NCBI GenBank assembly: GCA_965202995.1
Contig: OZ241861.1
Span: 483,299 to 547,298 of the forward strand
Source: Tepidiformaceae bacterium
GTDB taxonomy: Bacteria > Chloroflexota > Dehalococcoidia > Tepidiformales > Tepidiformaceae
Length of the DNA stretch: 64,000 bases
Direction of reading: 5' to 3'
Positions 25,617 to 35,205 of this stretch are shown here, piece by piece (the first letter of the stretch is position 1; each line of letters opens with the position of its first letter). Under the pieces are notes generated by a model. That model was not told the origin of the DNA. It saw nothing but the letters and a program-made list of their open reading frames with translations, and made no database searches. The translations under genes were made by a program, and so were the position numbers.

Positions 25617-26054
25617 CTACTCGAACGCCTCCACCGCCACGTCCACGGTGACGCGGCCCGCGCGCTCGAACTCGAGCGTCAGCGCGAACGTCTCGCCCGG
25701 CGCCGGAACCTCCGCCACGCCGAGCAGCATGACGTGATAGCCGCCGGGGCGCAGGGAGACGCTCCCGCCCGGCGCGATGGGGATGCCGCCCGCGACCTCG
25801 CGCATCATCGCGCTCCCGTCCACGGTCGCGATCTCGTGCAGCTGCGCGTCGTCCGCGATCTCCGTCGCGGCGGCGACGAGCGCGTCCCCCGCGCCCGTGA
25901 CGCGGACGTCGAAGTAGACGGCCCCCAGATCGGTCGTGGTGAAGCGCGCGCGGGCGTTGTCGATGACGACGCCGCCGTCCCCGTCGTCGTCGCCGCAGGC
26001 CGCGAGCGCGCCCGCGCAGAGGACGAGCGCGGCGAGCGCCGCCTTCCCGATCAC
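25617..26054 (-). CDS. copper chaperone PCu(A)C (DUF461) lipoprotein
   Basis: GTG 26054 has a GTGA overlap with the sco stop and is in frame with ORF-track 25617..26135. Lipobox LAAC. The pattern is GSAMMREV ... PGGYHVMLLGV. Confidence 0.75.
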   Translation of the reverse strand: MIGKAALAALVLCAGALAACGDDDGDGGVVIDNARARFTTTDLGAVYFDVRVTGAGDALVAAATEIADDAQLHEIATVDGSAMMREVAGGIPIAPGGSVSLRPGGYHVMLLGVAEVPAPGETFALTLEFERAGRVTVDVAVEAFE

Positions 26055-26758
26055 GAAGGCTCTTGCCAGCCCTCGGCGGCGAGCAGGGGCAGGTCGTGCG
26101 CCATGATCTCGCGCAGCCCGCCGCCCTCCAGCCACGGGTAGACGATGTGGCCCAGGTCGTCGGGCGTGTAGGCGATGAGGTAGGAGGCGTGGTTCACGCT
26201 GTAGCGCCCGTCGCCCAGCTCCGTCTTCACGATGGGGGCCATGCCCAGCGAGCCCAGCAGCGCCGCGAGCGTCTCCGCGTCGGGGATGAGGCCGGTGAAG
26301 CGGCTGTCCCAGAGGTCGAGCCAGCGCCGCACCTCGGCGGGACCGTCGCGGTCGGGGTCGGTCGTGATGAACAGCACGCGCACGCCCTCCGCGAGCGCGG
26401 GGTCCATCGCCTCCAGCGTCTTCGCCAGGTCGAGCATGTGCGTGGGGCAGATGTCGGGGCAGTGCGTGTAGCCCAGGTAGACGAGCGTGAGGGCCCCCGC
26501 GGTCTCCGCGAGGATGTCGAACGGCTCCCCCTCGGTGTCGGTGAGCGTGAAGGCGGGCTTGGGCAGGGGCGGCGTGACGCGCGCGCCGCGATAGACGACC
26601 TCGCCCGCGCCCTCCACCTCGAAAGCGCGACCGTCGCCGGAGCTGCCACCATCGCCGCCGCAGGCCGCCAGCACGCCAATCGCCAACGCGCCAATCGCCA
26701 ACGCGCCAATCGCCAACGCGCCAATCGCCAACGCGCCAATCGCCAACAGCCCCCTCAC
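26051..26758 (-). CDS. SCO1/SenC-family copper-binding thiol-disulfide protein (lipoprotein)
   Basis: GTG 26758 has a GTGA overlap with the upstream stop and is in frame with ORF-track 26051..28138. It has a thioredoxin-like HCPDICP motif. The signal peptide has a (LAIGA)x5 repeat and the lipobox VLAAC. Confidence 0.85.
   Translation of the reverse strand: MRGLLAIGALAIGALAIGALAIGALAIGVLAACGGDGGSSGDGRAFEVEGAGEVVYRGARVTPPLPKPAFTLTDTEGEPFDILAETAGALTLVYLGYTHCPDICPTHMLDLAKTLEAMDPALAEGVRVLFITTDPDRDGPAEVRRWLDLWDSRFTGLIPDAETLAALLGSLGMAPIVKTELGDGRYSVNHASYLIAYTPDDLGHIVYPWLEGGGLREIMAHDLPLLAAEGWQEPS
26675..26749. repeat. 15-bp tandem repeat x5 (gccaatcgccaacgc) inside the SCO signal-peptide coding region
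   Basis: There are four perfect copies (26675-26734) and a fifth with 13 of 15 positions (26735-26749). The repeat is in frame and encodes LAIGA repeats on the minus strand. Confidence 0.9.
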
Positions 26759-27801
26759 GCCCGTCCCCCCGGCGGCGGCGCCGGACGCCACTCCGCGCCC
26801 GCGCCGTCGGCGGCGTCGAGGCGGTGGCCCAGCCGCTCCTCGTGCGCGGCCCAGCGCCAGGCCGCGGCCAGCAGCGCGATCAGCCCGAGCGCCTCGCCGC
26901 CGATGAACATGACCGCGCCCGCGATGCGCTGGTCGAGCAGCGCGTCCGGCCCCCACTCGCGCGGAATGGCCGCCAGCGGCGCGTAGATGACGTTGTCCGG
27001 TTCGTGGAAGAGCAGCCCCAGGAAGGCGTGGATGGGCACCAGCGCGAGCAGGTAGGCCATCCGCACGGGATGCGCCAGCGGCCGGCTCACGGGGTTGCCG
27101 TCCACCACCGGCCACCAGTAGTGCAGCCCCGCGAAGAGGAAGAGCGCGTAGCCCGCGAAATGGAGGACGGCGTTCCCGAGACTCTCCTCGAAGGCGGGCG
27201 TGACGTACCAGAGCAGGGGCACGGCGGCGAAGAGCGCCACGCCCGTGAGCGGGTGCGCGAAGGCGCGGAAGGCGCGCGCGTGCAGCAGCGGGCGGATGCG
27301 GCGGCGGCGCTCCCGTCCCGCCGCGATCAGCCACAGCGTGGCGGGCGCGCCCGCCAGGATGAGCGGCGGCGCGATCGTGATGAGGATGAAATGCTGCGCC
27401 ATGTGCAGCGTGAGGAAGGTGCCGTCGTAGGCGGCCACGGGGCCGAACACGGTGAGGGCCGTGAGCGCCAGCCCGCCCAGGCAGGCGGCGGCGCGGCGGC
27501 GCGAAACCGGCGACCGTCCGCCGACGGCCCGCGCCCGCCCGTACACGCGCGCGTACCAAACGGCGGCCAGCGCGATCAGATAGAGCGGGATCGGTTCGAT
27601 GGCGAAGGTGAGGAGCGCCCGCGGGAACTCCGGCGGGGGGACCGCCGCCCACGAGCACACCCACACCCAGCCCGTGCCGCCGCCGGCCCCGCGCAGGGCC
27701 AGCGTGGCGGCCACGCTCGCCAGCAGCCCGCCGACGGCCGCCAGCGCCGCCGTGCGCCCCGACATGCGCGCCGCCGCGCCCGCGATCCCGCCCATGCGCA
27801 C
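26755..27801 (-). CDS. ctaG: cytochrome c oxidase assembly factor, Caa3_CtaG-type membrane protein
   Basis: ORF-track 26755..27801. It is a polytopic membrane protein with LHMAQHFILITIAPPLILAGAP, typical of Caa3-type CtaG. Confidence 0.7.
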   Translation of the reverse strand: MRMGGIAGAAARMSGRTAALAAVGGLLASVAATLALRGAGGGTGWVWVCSWAAVPPPEFPRALLTFAIEPIPLYLIALAAVWYARVYGRARAVGGRSPVSRRRAAACLGGLALTALTVFGPVAAYDGTFLTLHMAQHFILITIAPPLILAGAPATLWLIAAGRERRRRIRPLLHARAFRAFAHPLTGVALFAAVPLLWYVTPAFEESLGNAVLHFAGYALFLFAGLHYWWPVVDGNPVSRPLAHPVRMAYLLALVPIHAFLGLLFHEPDNVIYAPLAAIPREWGPDALLDQRIAGAVMFIGGEALGLIALLAAAWRWAAHEERLGHRLDAADGAGAEWRPAPPPGGRA

Positions 27802-27901
27802 AGCTTACCCGCTCGCCCCTTGCCGCCAATCGCCGCCGCGCGGGCAACGTGGTAGAACGCGGGGCGAACCGTCCGCCAACCGGCGGCGGCTGGGGGACCG
27901 C

Positions 27902-28663
27902 ATGAACATCAACGGACTGAGCGCCATCGTGACCGGCGGCGGCTCCGGCCTCGGCGAGGCCGCCGCACGCGAACTCGCCGCGCACGGCGCGCGGGTCGCC
28001 ATCCTCGACCTCGCCCGCTCCAACGGCGGCGGCGTGGCCGCGGACCTCGGCGGCGTCTTCGTCGAGGCCGACGTGACCAGCGACGAGCAGGTCGCGCGCG
28101 CCGTGGCGGACGCGGCGGCGGCTCACGGCGGCGTGCACCTGCTCGTCAACTGCGCGGGCATCGCCACCGCCGAGCGCACCGTGGGGCGCGACGGCCCCGC
28201 CAGCCTCGAGGGCTTCGCGCGCACCGTGAACGTCAACCTCATCGGCACCTTCAACGCCATCCGCGTGGCGGCGGCGGCGATGGTCGGGAACGAGCCCACG
28301 GAGGACGGCGAGCGCGGCGTGATCGTGAACACCGCCTCCGTGGCCGCCTTCGAGGGCCAGATCGGGCAGGCCGCCTACTCCGCCTCGAAGGGCGGCGTGG
28401 TGGGCATGACGCTGCCCATCGCGCGCGACCTCGCGCGGGACGGCGTGCGCAACAACACCATCGCGCCCGGCCTCTTCCTCACGCCCATGCTGCTGGGCCT
28501 GCCCGAGGAGGCGCGCGAGGCGCTGGGCGGCGTGACGCCCTTCCCCTCGCGCCTGGGCAAGCCGGAGGAGTACGCCCGGCTGGTCCGCGCCATCATCGAG
28601 AATCCGATGATCAACGGCGAGACGATCCGGCTCGACGGCGCCCTCCGCCTCGCGCCCCGCTGA
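27902..28663 (+). CDS. SDR-family oxidoreductase (3-hydroxyacyl-CoA dehydrogenase type-2-like)
   Basis: ATG 27902 (MNINGLSAIVTGGGSGLGEA...) is in frame with ORF-track 27599..28663. YSASKGG and PGLFLTPM are present. Confidence 0.85.
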   Translation: MNINGLSAIVTGGGSGLGEAAARELAAHGARVAILDLARSNGGGVAADLGGVFVEADVTSDEQVARAVADAAAAHGGVHLLVNCAGIATAERTVGRDGPASLEGFARTVNVNLIGTFNAIRVAAAAMVGNEPTEDGERGVIVNTASVAAFEGQIGQAAYSASKGGVVGMTLPIARDLARDGVRNNTIAPGLFLTPMLLGLPEEAREALGGVTPFPSRLGKPEEYARLVRAIIENPMINGETIRLDGALRLAPR

Positions 28664-28716
28664 GCGCCCCGCCGTCCGGCGCCCGCGCCGGGCGCGATTT
28701 GCCCCCGCGGCCCGCC

Positions 28717-30261
28717 ATGCCCCACACTGCGCCCGTGCTCGCCAGGGTGCGGTCGAGCGCGGTTTCCGGGCTCGACGGCGTGATGGTCGACGTCGAGGTC
28801 GACATCTCGCGCGCGCAGAATCCGACGACGGCGGTCGTGGGCCTGCCCGACGCCGCCGTGCAGGAATCGCGCGAGCGCGTGCGCGCGGCCATCCGCAACA
28901 GCGCCCTCACCTGGCCCTTCAACAGCCGCATCACCGTGAACCTCGCCCCCGCCGACCTGCGCAAGGAGGGGCCCGCCTACGACCTGCCCATCGCCACGGG
29001 CATCCTCGTGGCCAGCGGGCAGGTGGATGCCGCGCTCGACGACGCCGTGTTCGTGGGCGAACTCGCGCTCGACGGCGAGGTGCGCGCCATTCGCGGGGCC
29101 CTGCCCATGATCGCCGTGGCGCGGGACCGGGGCGCGCGCCGCGCCTTCGTGCCCGCCCCCAACGCGCCCGAGGCCGCGCTCGTGGACGGCATCGAGGTCT
29201 ACCCCGTGGCCTCCCTCGCGCAGCTGGCCATGCACCTGCTGGGCAAGGATCCCATCGCGCCCTGGTCCGCCGAGGCCGCGCCCGCCGCGGAGGCGCCCGA
29301 GGGCGGCCCCGACCTGGGCGAGGTGATCGGGCAGGAGCACGTGAAGCGGGGGCTGGCCGTGGCCGCCGCGGGCGGGCACAACGTGCTCATGCGCGGGCCG
29401 CCGGGCAGCGGCAAGACGCTGCTGGCGCGCGCCATCCCCTCCATCCTGCCGCCCATGACGAACGACGAGGCGCTGGAGGTGACGCGCATCTACAGCGTGG
29501 CCGGGCTGCTGCCGCCCGGCGCGGGCCTGCTGCGCGAGCGCCCCTTCCGCGCGCCCCACCACACCATCTCCCATGCGGGGCTGGTGGGCGGCGGCTCCAA
29601 CCCGCGCCCGGGCGAGATCACGCTCTGCCACCACGGCGTCCTCTTCCTCGACGAGCTGCCCGAATTCGGCCCGCAGGTGCTGGAGGTGCTGCGCCAGCCG
29701 CTGGAGGACCGCACGGTCACCATCAGCCGCGCGCGCTCGGCCGCCACCTTCCCCGCCAGTTTCGCCCTCGTGGCCGCCCAGAACCCCTGCCCCTGCGGCT
29801 ACCGCGGCGACCCCGCGCGCGAGTGCATCTGCTCGCCCAACGCGGCGGCGCGCTACCAGCGCCGCGTCTCCGGCCCCGTGCTCGACCGCATCGACATCTT
29901 CCTCGACGTGCCGCGCGTGGACTACGAGAAGCTGACGGAAGCCGCGCCGGGCGAGCCCTCTTCCGCCATCGCCGCGCGCGTGGGGGCCGTGCGCGCCATC
30001 CAGCGGGAGCGCTTCGCGGACGCCGACACGCGCCTCAACGCGGAGATGGGCCCGGCGGCGGTGCGCGAACACGCGCAGGCCAGGATGGACCGCGACGCCG
30101 CCGCCCTGCTCGCCGCCGCCACGCGCCAGATGGCGCTCTCCGCGCGCGCCTTCCACCGCGTGCTCAAGGTGGCGCGCACGGTGGCCGATTTCGAGGAGGC
30201 CGGGGCCATCGGCGCGGGGCACATGGCCGAGGCCCTGCAGTACCGCGAACGGACGGAGTAG
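28717..30261 (+). CDS. comM: YifB/ComM-family Mg-chelatase-like AAA+ ATPase
   Basis: ATG 28717 is in frame with ORF-track 28699..30261. It has a Lon-protease-like N-domain, Walker A GPPGSGKT, GVLFLDELPEF and a C-terminal chelatase domain. Confidence 0.9.
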   Translation: MPHTAPVLARVRSSAVSGLDGVMVDVEVDISRAQNPTTAVVGLPDAAVQESRERVRAAIRNSALTWPFNSRITVNLAPADLRKEGPAYDLPIATGILVASGQVDAALDDAVFVGELALDGEVRAIRGALPMIAVARDRGARRAFVPAPNAPEAALVDGIEVYPVASLAQLAMHLLGKDPIAPWSAEAAPAAEAPEGGPDLGEVIGQEHVKRGLAVAAAGGHNVLMRGPPGSGKTLLARAIPSILPPMTNDEALEVTRIYSVAGLLPPGAGLLRERPFRAPHHTISHAGLVGGGSNPRPGEITLCHHGVLFLDELPEFGPQVLEVLRQPLEDRTVTISRARSAATFPASFALVAAQNPCPCGYRGDPARECICSPNAAARYQRRVSGPVLDRIDIFLDVPRVDYEKLTEAAPGEPSSAIAARVGAVRAIQRERFADADTRLNAEMGPAAVREHAQARMDRDAAALLAAATRQMALSARAFHRVLKVARTVADFEEAGAIGAGHMAEALQYRERTE

Positions 30262-30339
30262 CCGTCGCGCGAACGCCCGTTTGACAGCGAACGCGCGTTC
30301 CCCGAAACTGTGCGGACCTTCCCGAACGGATGTGCCGCC

Positions 30340-30570
30340 ATGGTCAACCCGCTCCCCACGATCGTCTTCGATGTCCTGCTCGTCGGAACGGCGGCGACGC
30401 TGTTCGCGGCGGTGATCCGCCCGATGGCGTCGGCGGGGATGCGGGCGGGCCTCCGCCGGGGCCCGGCGCGGTGGCTGGCGCGCGTTCGGGGCGGGACGCG
30501 CCCCGACGGCCGGCGTCGCGCGGCTCCCCTCGCCGCGCGGCGCCGGACCCGGCGCGCGGACGCGGCCTAG
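30340..30570 (+). CDS. possible small membrane protein (one TM helix plus an Arg-rich tail)
   Basis: An internal ATG of ORF-track 30310..30570 gives MVNPLPTIVFDVLLVGTAATLFAAVI. A TTGACA at 30281-30286 lies upstream. The 3' end overlaps the relA stop. It could be a GC artefact. Confidence 0.25.
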   Translation: MVNPLPTIVFDVLLVGTAATLFAAVIRPMASAGMRAGLRRGPARWLARVRGGTRPDGRRRAAPLAARRRTRRADAA

Positions 30571-32759
30571 CGCGCCGTGCGGTGGCAGCTGCGCACGCCG
30601 CGGATCGTCTCCATGCGCGTGAGCAGCCGCGAAATCTGCGCGATGCCGCTCGTCTCCAGCGTGGCCAGCACCGTCACCGTGCCGTTGCCGTTCCGCGTCG
30701 TGGCCACGTCCACCATGTTCACGTCCTCGGCGGCCACGATGGCGCTCAGGTCGCGCAGCAGCCCCACGCGGTCCCAGGCGTCCACGCGGATGGCCGCCGG
30801 GTAGCGCCGCTCCTCGCCCGCGTCCCAGTCCACGTCGATGAGCCGGTCGCGCTCGCGCTCGTGCAGCACGTTGTGGCAATCGGCGCGGTGCACGGTGACG
30901 CCGCGGCTGCGCGTCACGTAGCCGCGCACGCTGTCCCCGTGCACCGGGTTGCAGCAGCGCGCGAGGCTCGTTTCGAGGCCGTTCACGCCGAACGCGCGCG
31001 GCCCCGCGCCGTCGCCCCGCGCGGAGGGACGGCCCACGGGGATATCGTCCGCCTCGTCCCGCTCCCGCCGCTGCAGCAGGGCGCTCGCCTTGCGCGTGAG
31101 CGACTCCACGCCGATGTCGCCGTAGCCGATGGCGGCCAGCAGATCCTCCCAGCTCTTGCCCGGATAGAGGGCCAGCACCTCGTCGCGGTGGTCGCTCAGG
31201 TCGAGGGCGAGGCGGCGCATCTCGCGCTCCAGCATCTCGCGCCCGCGCTCCACGCTCTCCGCGCGCTGCCGCTTGCGGAACCACTGGCGCACCTTCTGCC
31301 GTCCGTTGGCCGTGCGCAGGTAGCCGAGGCTCTCGCTCAGCCAGTCGCGCGAGGGGCCGTTGCGCGAGCGGCTGCGCATGATCTCGACCACGTCGCCGTT
31401 CTGCAGGACGGCGTTGAGCGGGGCCATCTTGCCGTTCACCTTGGCCCCGATGGTCTGGTGGCCGAGGTCGGTGTGGATGCGGTAGGCGAAATCGAGGGGC
31501 GTGGCCCCGGCGGGCAGGTCGAGCACGTCGCCGCGCGGCGAGAGCGCGAACACCTGGTCGTCGAACACGTCCGTCTTCACGCTCTCGACGAACTCCTCCG
31601 CGCCCGCCAGCTCGCGCTGCCACTCCAGCAGCTGGCGCAGCCAGGCGATGCGCTCCTCGTCCCCGGCGGTGCGCTCGCCGCCGCCCTTGTAGCGCCAGTG
31701 CGCGGCCACGCCGTACTCGGCCACGCGGTGCATCTCGCGCGTGCGGATCTGCACCTCGAGGGGGCGCGCGCCGGGGCCGATGACGGTCGTGTGCAGCGAC
31801 TGGTACATGCTCGCCTTGGGGCTGGCGATGTAGTCGTCGAACTGCCCCGGCAGGGGGCGCCAGGTGGCGTGCGTCACGCCCAGCGCGGCGTAGCAGGCGG
31901 CCACGTCGTCCACCAGCACGCGCAGCGCCAGCAGGTCGTAGATCTGGTCGAACGACTTGGCCTCGCGCCCGTAGCGCCGCGCCTTCTGGTGGATGGAGTA
32001 GATGTGCTTGGCGCGGCCCGTGACCTCGGCCTCGATGCGGGCGTCGTCGAGCTGCAGGCGCAGGCCCGCGGCCACGTCCTCGATGTAGCGTTCGCGCGCC
32101 AGGCGCGTGGCGTCGAGGCGCGCCGCGATCTCCTGGTAGCGCTCCGGCTCGAGGTAGCGGAAGGCGAGATCCTCCAGCTCCCACTTGATCTGCCAGATGC
32201 CGAGGCGCGTGGCCAGCGGCGCGAAGATGTCCATCGTCTCCCGCGCGATGCGCCGCTGCTTCTCCGGGCGCAGGGCCCAGAGCGTGCGCATGTTGTGCAG
32301 GCGGTCGCAGAGCTTGATCAGCACCACGCGCACGTCCGCCGCCATGGCCAGCAGCATCTTGCGCAGGTTGCGCGCCTGCGCCTCGTCGCCGTCCTCCTCG
32401 CCCACGCGCAGGGGCAGCCGGTCGAGCTTCGTCAGCCCCTCCACCAGCCGCGCCGCGTCCTCGCCGAAGCGCGCCGCGATCTCGGCGTTGGGCACGCCGC
32501 AGTCCTCCTGCACGTCGTGCAGCAGCGCGGCCACGATGGACGCCTGGTCCAGCTCCAGCCCGGCCACCAGCCGCGTGACCTCCACGGGATGGGTCACGTA
32601 GGGCTCGCCCGTGCGCCGCAGCTGGCCCGCGTGGCTCTCGGCGGCGAAGGCGCAGGCCTCGGCGATGAGGGGGATGCGCTCCTCGGGCAGGTAGGCGCGC
32701 ACGCGGTCGAGCAGGGCGGCCGCCCCGGGGGATTCCCGGAGTTCCGCCGCGACGCTCAC
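30567..32759 (-). CDS. relA: bifunctional (p)ppGpp synthetase/hydrolase (RelA/SpoT homologue)
   Basis: GTG 32759 is in frame with ORF-track 30567..32972. It has the HD domain (HDVQED), the synthetase domain (YIASPKASMYQSLHTTV), and TGS and ACT regions. Confidence 0.92.
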   Translation of the reverse strand: MSVAAELRESPGAAALLDRVRAYLPEERIPLIAEACAFAAESHAGQLRRTGEPYVTHPVEVTRLVAGLELDQASIVAALLHDVQEDCGVPNAEIAARFGEDAARLVEGLTKLDRLPLRVGEEDGDEAQARNLRKMLLAMAADVRVVLIKLCDRLHNMRTLWALRPEKQRRIARETMDIFAPLATRLGIWQIKWELEDLAFRYLEPERYQEIAARLDATRLARERYIEDVAAGLRLQLDDARIEAEVTGRAKHIYSIHQKARRYGREAKSFDQIYDLLALRVLVDDVAACYAALGVTHATWRPLPGQFDDYIASPKASMYQSLHTTVIGPGARPLEVQIRTREMHRVAEYGVAAHWRYKGGGERTAGDEERIAWLRQLLEWQRELAGAEEFVESVKTDVFDDQVFALSPRGDVLDLPAGATPLDFAYRIHTDLGHQTIGAKVNGKMAPLNAVLQNGDVVEIMRSRSRNGPSRDWLSESLGYLRTANGRQKVRQWFRKRQRAESVERGREMLEREMRRLALDLSDHRDEVLALYPGKSWEDLLAAIGYGDIGVESLTRKASALLQRRERDEADDIPVGRPSARGDGAGPRAFGVNGLETSLARCCNPVHGDSVRGYVTRSRGVTVHRADCHNVLHERERDRLIDVDWDAGEERRYPAAIRVDAWDRVGLLRDLSAIVAAEDVNMVDVATTRNGNGTVTVLATLETSGIAQISRLLTRMETIRGVRSCHRTAR

Positions 32760-32839
32760 CCGCCCGCTCCCGCGCGCTTTCTCATTGGACGCCCCTCGCC
32801 CTATCCTAGCACCGACGCCCCCATGGGGCGGGAGCGGAC

Positions 32840-34123
32840 ATGAGCGCACGGTTCCAGACGCCGCGGGGCACGGAGGACGTGCTCCCCGACGAGCAGCCGC
32901 GCTGGCGCCGGATGGCGGCGGCGGCGGACGAGATCGCGCGCCTCTTCGGCTACGAGCGCATCGACACGCCATCCTTCGAGGCCGCCGCCCTCTTCGAGAA
33001 GGGCGCCGGCGACGCCACCGACATCGTCGAGAAGGAGATGTACGCCTTCGAGGATCGCGGCGGCGAGACCCTCGCCCTCGCGCCCGAGGCCACGCCCGCC
33101 ATCTGCCGCGCCTGGCTGGAGCACGGCATGGCCAGCCGCCCCCAGCCCGTGCGCCTCTACACCACCGCGCGCATGTTCCGCTACAGCCGCCCCCAGCTGG
33201 GCCGCCTGCGCCAGTTCACGCAGTTCGACTGCGAGGCCATCGGCTCCGGCGGCGCGCTGGCCGACGCCGAGCTGATCGAGCTGCACTGGCGCTTCTGCGA
33301 GCGCCTCGGCCTGCGCGACCTGGAGCTGCGCCTCGGCAGCATCGACGACCCCGCGCCGCGCCGCGCCTACCTCGACCGCCTGCGCGACCACTACCGCCCC
33401 CTGCGCGACCGCCTCTCGCCGGACAGCCAGCGGCGGCTGGAGCGCAACCCCCTGCGCCTGCTCGACAGCAACGACGAGCGCGACCGCGAGCTGCGCGCGG
33501 GCGCGCCCACGCCCCTCGACCGCCTGAGCGACGACGCCGCCGCCCACTTCGCCGCCGTGCGCGAGGCGCTGGACGCGGCGGGCGTGCCCCACACCGTGGA
33601 CCCCCTGCTCGTGCGCGGCCTCGACTACTACAACCGCACCGTCTGGGAGATCGTCCCCCGGGGCGACGAGCGCGCGCAGGGGTCGATCGGCGCGGGCGGG
33701 CGCTACGACGGCCTCATGGAGACGCTGGGCGGCCCCCCCACGCCCGCCGTCGGCTTCGCCGCGGGGCTGGAGCGCATCGTCATCGAGATGAAGCGGCAGG
33801 GGCTGGACGGGCCCGCGCCGCCCGCGCCCGACGCCTTCGTGATCCACGCCGGGGAGGGCGCCGCGCGGGCCGCCGCGCGCGCCGCCGCCGAACTGCGCGC
33901 GCGCGGGCTGGCCGCCGTCACGGGCGAGCCCGGACGCTCCCTGCGCGCCCAGCTGCGCCGCGCCAACGCCAGCGGCGCGCGCGTGGCCGTCATCATCGGC
34001 GCCGACGAGCTGGCGCGCGGAACCGCCGCCGTCAAGGACCTGCGTGGCGACGGCGCGCAGGAGGACGCCCCCCTCGACGCGCTGGCGGAGCGGCTGGCCG
34101 CGCGCCTCGCGGACGCGGGCTGA
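32840..34123 (+). CDS. hisS: histidine--tRNA ligase
   Basis: ORF-track 32840..34123. RGTEDVLP, MFRYSRPQLGRLRQFTQF and GGGRYDGL motifs are present. Confidence 0.93.
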   Translation: MSARFQTPRGTEDVLPDEQPRWRRMAAAADEIARLFGYERIDTPSFEAAALFEKGAGDATDIVEKEMYAFEDRGGETLALAPEATPAICRAWLEHGMASRPQPVRLYTTARMFRYSRPQLGRLRQFTQFDCEAIGSGGALADAELIELHWRFCERLGLRDLELRLGSIDDPAPRRAYLDRLRDHYRPLRDRLSPDSQRRLERNPLRLLDSNDERDRELRAGAPTPLDRLSDDAAAHFAAVREALDAAGVPHTVDPLLVRGLDYYNRTVWEIVPRGDERAQGSIGAGGRYDGLMETLGGPPTPAVGFAAGLERIVIEMKRQGLDGPAPPAPDAFVIHAGEGAARAAARAAAELRARGLAAVTGEPGRSLRAQLRRANASGARVAVIIGADELARGTAAVKDLRGDGAQEDAPLDALAERLAARLADAG

Positions 34124-34128
34124 CCGTC

Positions 34129-35205
34129 GTGGACGACGCCGCGCGCCGCCGCCTCGACGAGCTGCGGGCGCGCCACGACGCGATCACGGAGGAGATGGGC
34201 CGGCCCGACGTGGCCGCGGATTATGACAAGGTGGCGCGGCTGGCCCGGGAGCACGCCGCCATCGCCCCCGCCGTCGAGCTGCTGAACCGCTACCGCGAGG
34301 CCGAGCGCGCCCGCGACGAGGCCCGCGCCCTGCTCGCCGAGGACGACCCCGACCTGCGCGAGCTGGCCGGGGACGAGGCCGCGGCGGCGGACGAGCGCCT
34401 GGCCGCCCTCGACGCCGAGATCCCCCGCGCCCTGCTGCCGCGGGACGCGCGCGACGACCGCAACGTGATCATGGAGATCCGCGCGGGCACGGGCGGCGAG
34501 GAGGCCGCCCTCTTCGCGCGCGACCTCTTCCGCGCCTACCACCGCTACAGCGAGCGCCGCGGCTGGCGCACGGAGCTCGTGAGCGCCTCGGAGACGGGCC
34601 TCGGCGGCCTGCGCGAGGTCGTCTTCGGCGTGAACGGCGAGGGCGCCTTCTCGCGCCTCAAGTACGAGAGCGGCGTGCACCGCGTGCAGCGCGTGCCCGA
34701 AACGGAGGCGCAGGGGCGCATCCACACCTCCACCGCCACCGTGGCCGTGCTGCCCGAGGCCGCCGAGGTGGAGGTCGACGTCAACGAGAAGGACCTGCGC
34801 GTGGACATCTTCCACGCCTCCGGCGCGGGCGGCCAGAACGTGAACAAGGTGGCCACGGCGGTGCGCCTCACGCACCTGCCCACGGGCCAGGTGGTCGTCT
34901 GCCAGGACGAGCGCTCGCAGCTGAAGAACCGCGTCCGCGCCATGACCGTGCTGCGCGCCCGCCTGCTGGACGCCGAACGGGAGAAGCAGGAGCGCGATCT
35001 CACCGCCGAACGGCGCACGCAGGTGGGCAGCGGCGACCGCAGCGAGAAGGTCCGCACCTGGAACTTCCCGCAGGACCGCATCACCGACCACCGCGTGGGG
35101 CTGACCGTGCACAACCTGCCCGACCGCCTGGACGGGAACCTCGACGACATCATCGACGCGGTGGCGGCGGCGGACGAGGCGGCGCGGCTGCGGGCCACGG
35201 CGTGA
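34129..35205 (+). CDS. prfA: peptide chain release factor 1
   Basis: GTG 34129 is in frame with ORF-track 32785..35205. GGQ (SGAGGQNVNK) and the RF1-type PxT region are present. Confidence 0.92.
   Translation: MDDAARRRLDELRARHDAITEEMGRPDVAADYDKVARLAREHAAIAPAVELLNRYREAERARDEARALLAEDDPDLRELAGDEAAAADERLAALDAEIPRALLPRDARDDRNVIMEIRAGTGGEEAALFARDLFRAYHRYSERRGWRTELVSASETGLGGLREVVFGVNGEGAFSRLKYESGVHRVQRVPETEAQGRIHTSTATVAVLPEAAEVEVDVNEKDLRVDIFHASGAGGQNVNKVATAVRLTHLPTGQVVVCQDERSQLKNRVRAMTVLRARLLDAEREKQERDLTAERRTQVGSGDRSEKVRTWNFPQDRITDHRVGLTVHNLPDRLDGNLDDIIDAVAAADEAARLRATA

Noticed and set aside
26675-26749. The 15-bp tandem repeat as a CRISPR-like or regulatory array.
   Set aside because: The units are contiguous with no spacers. 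They are only 15 bp long, in frame, and inside the SCO signal-peptide coding sequence.
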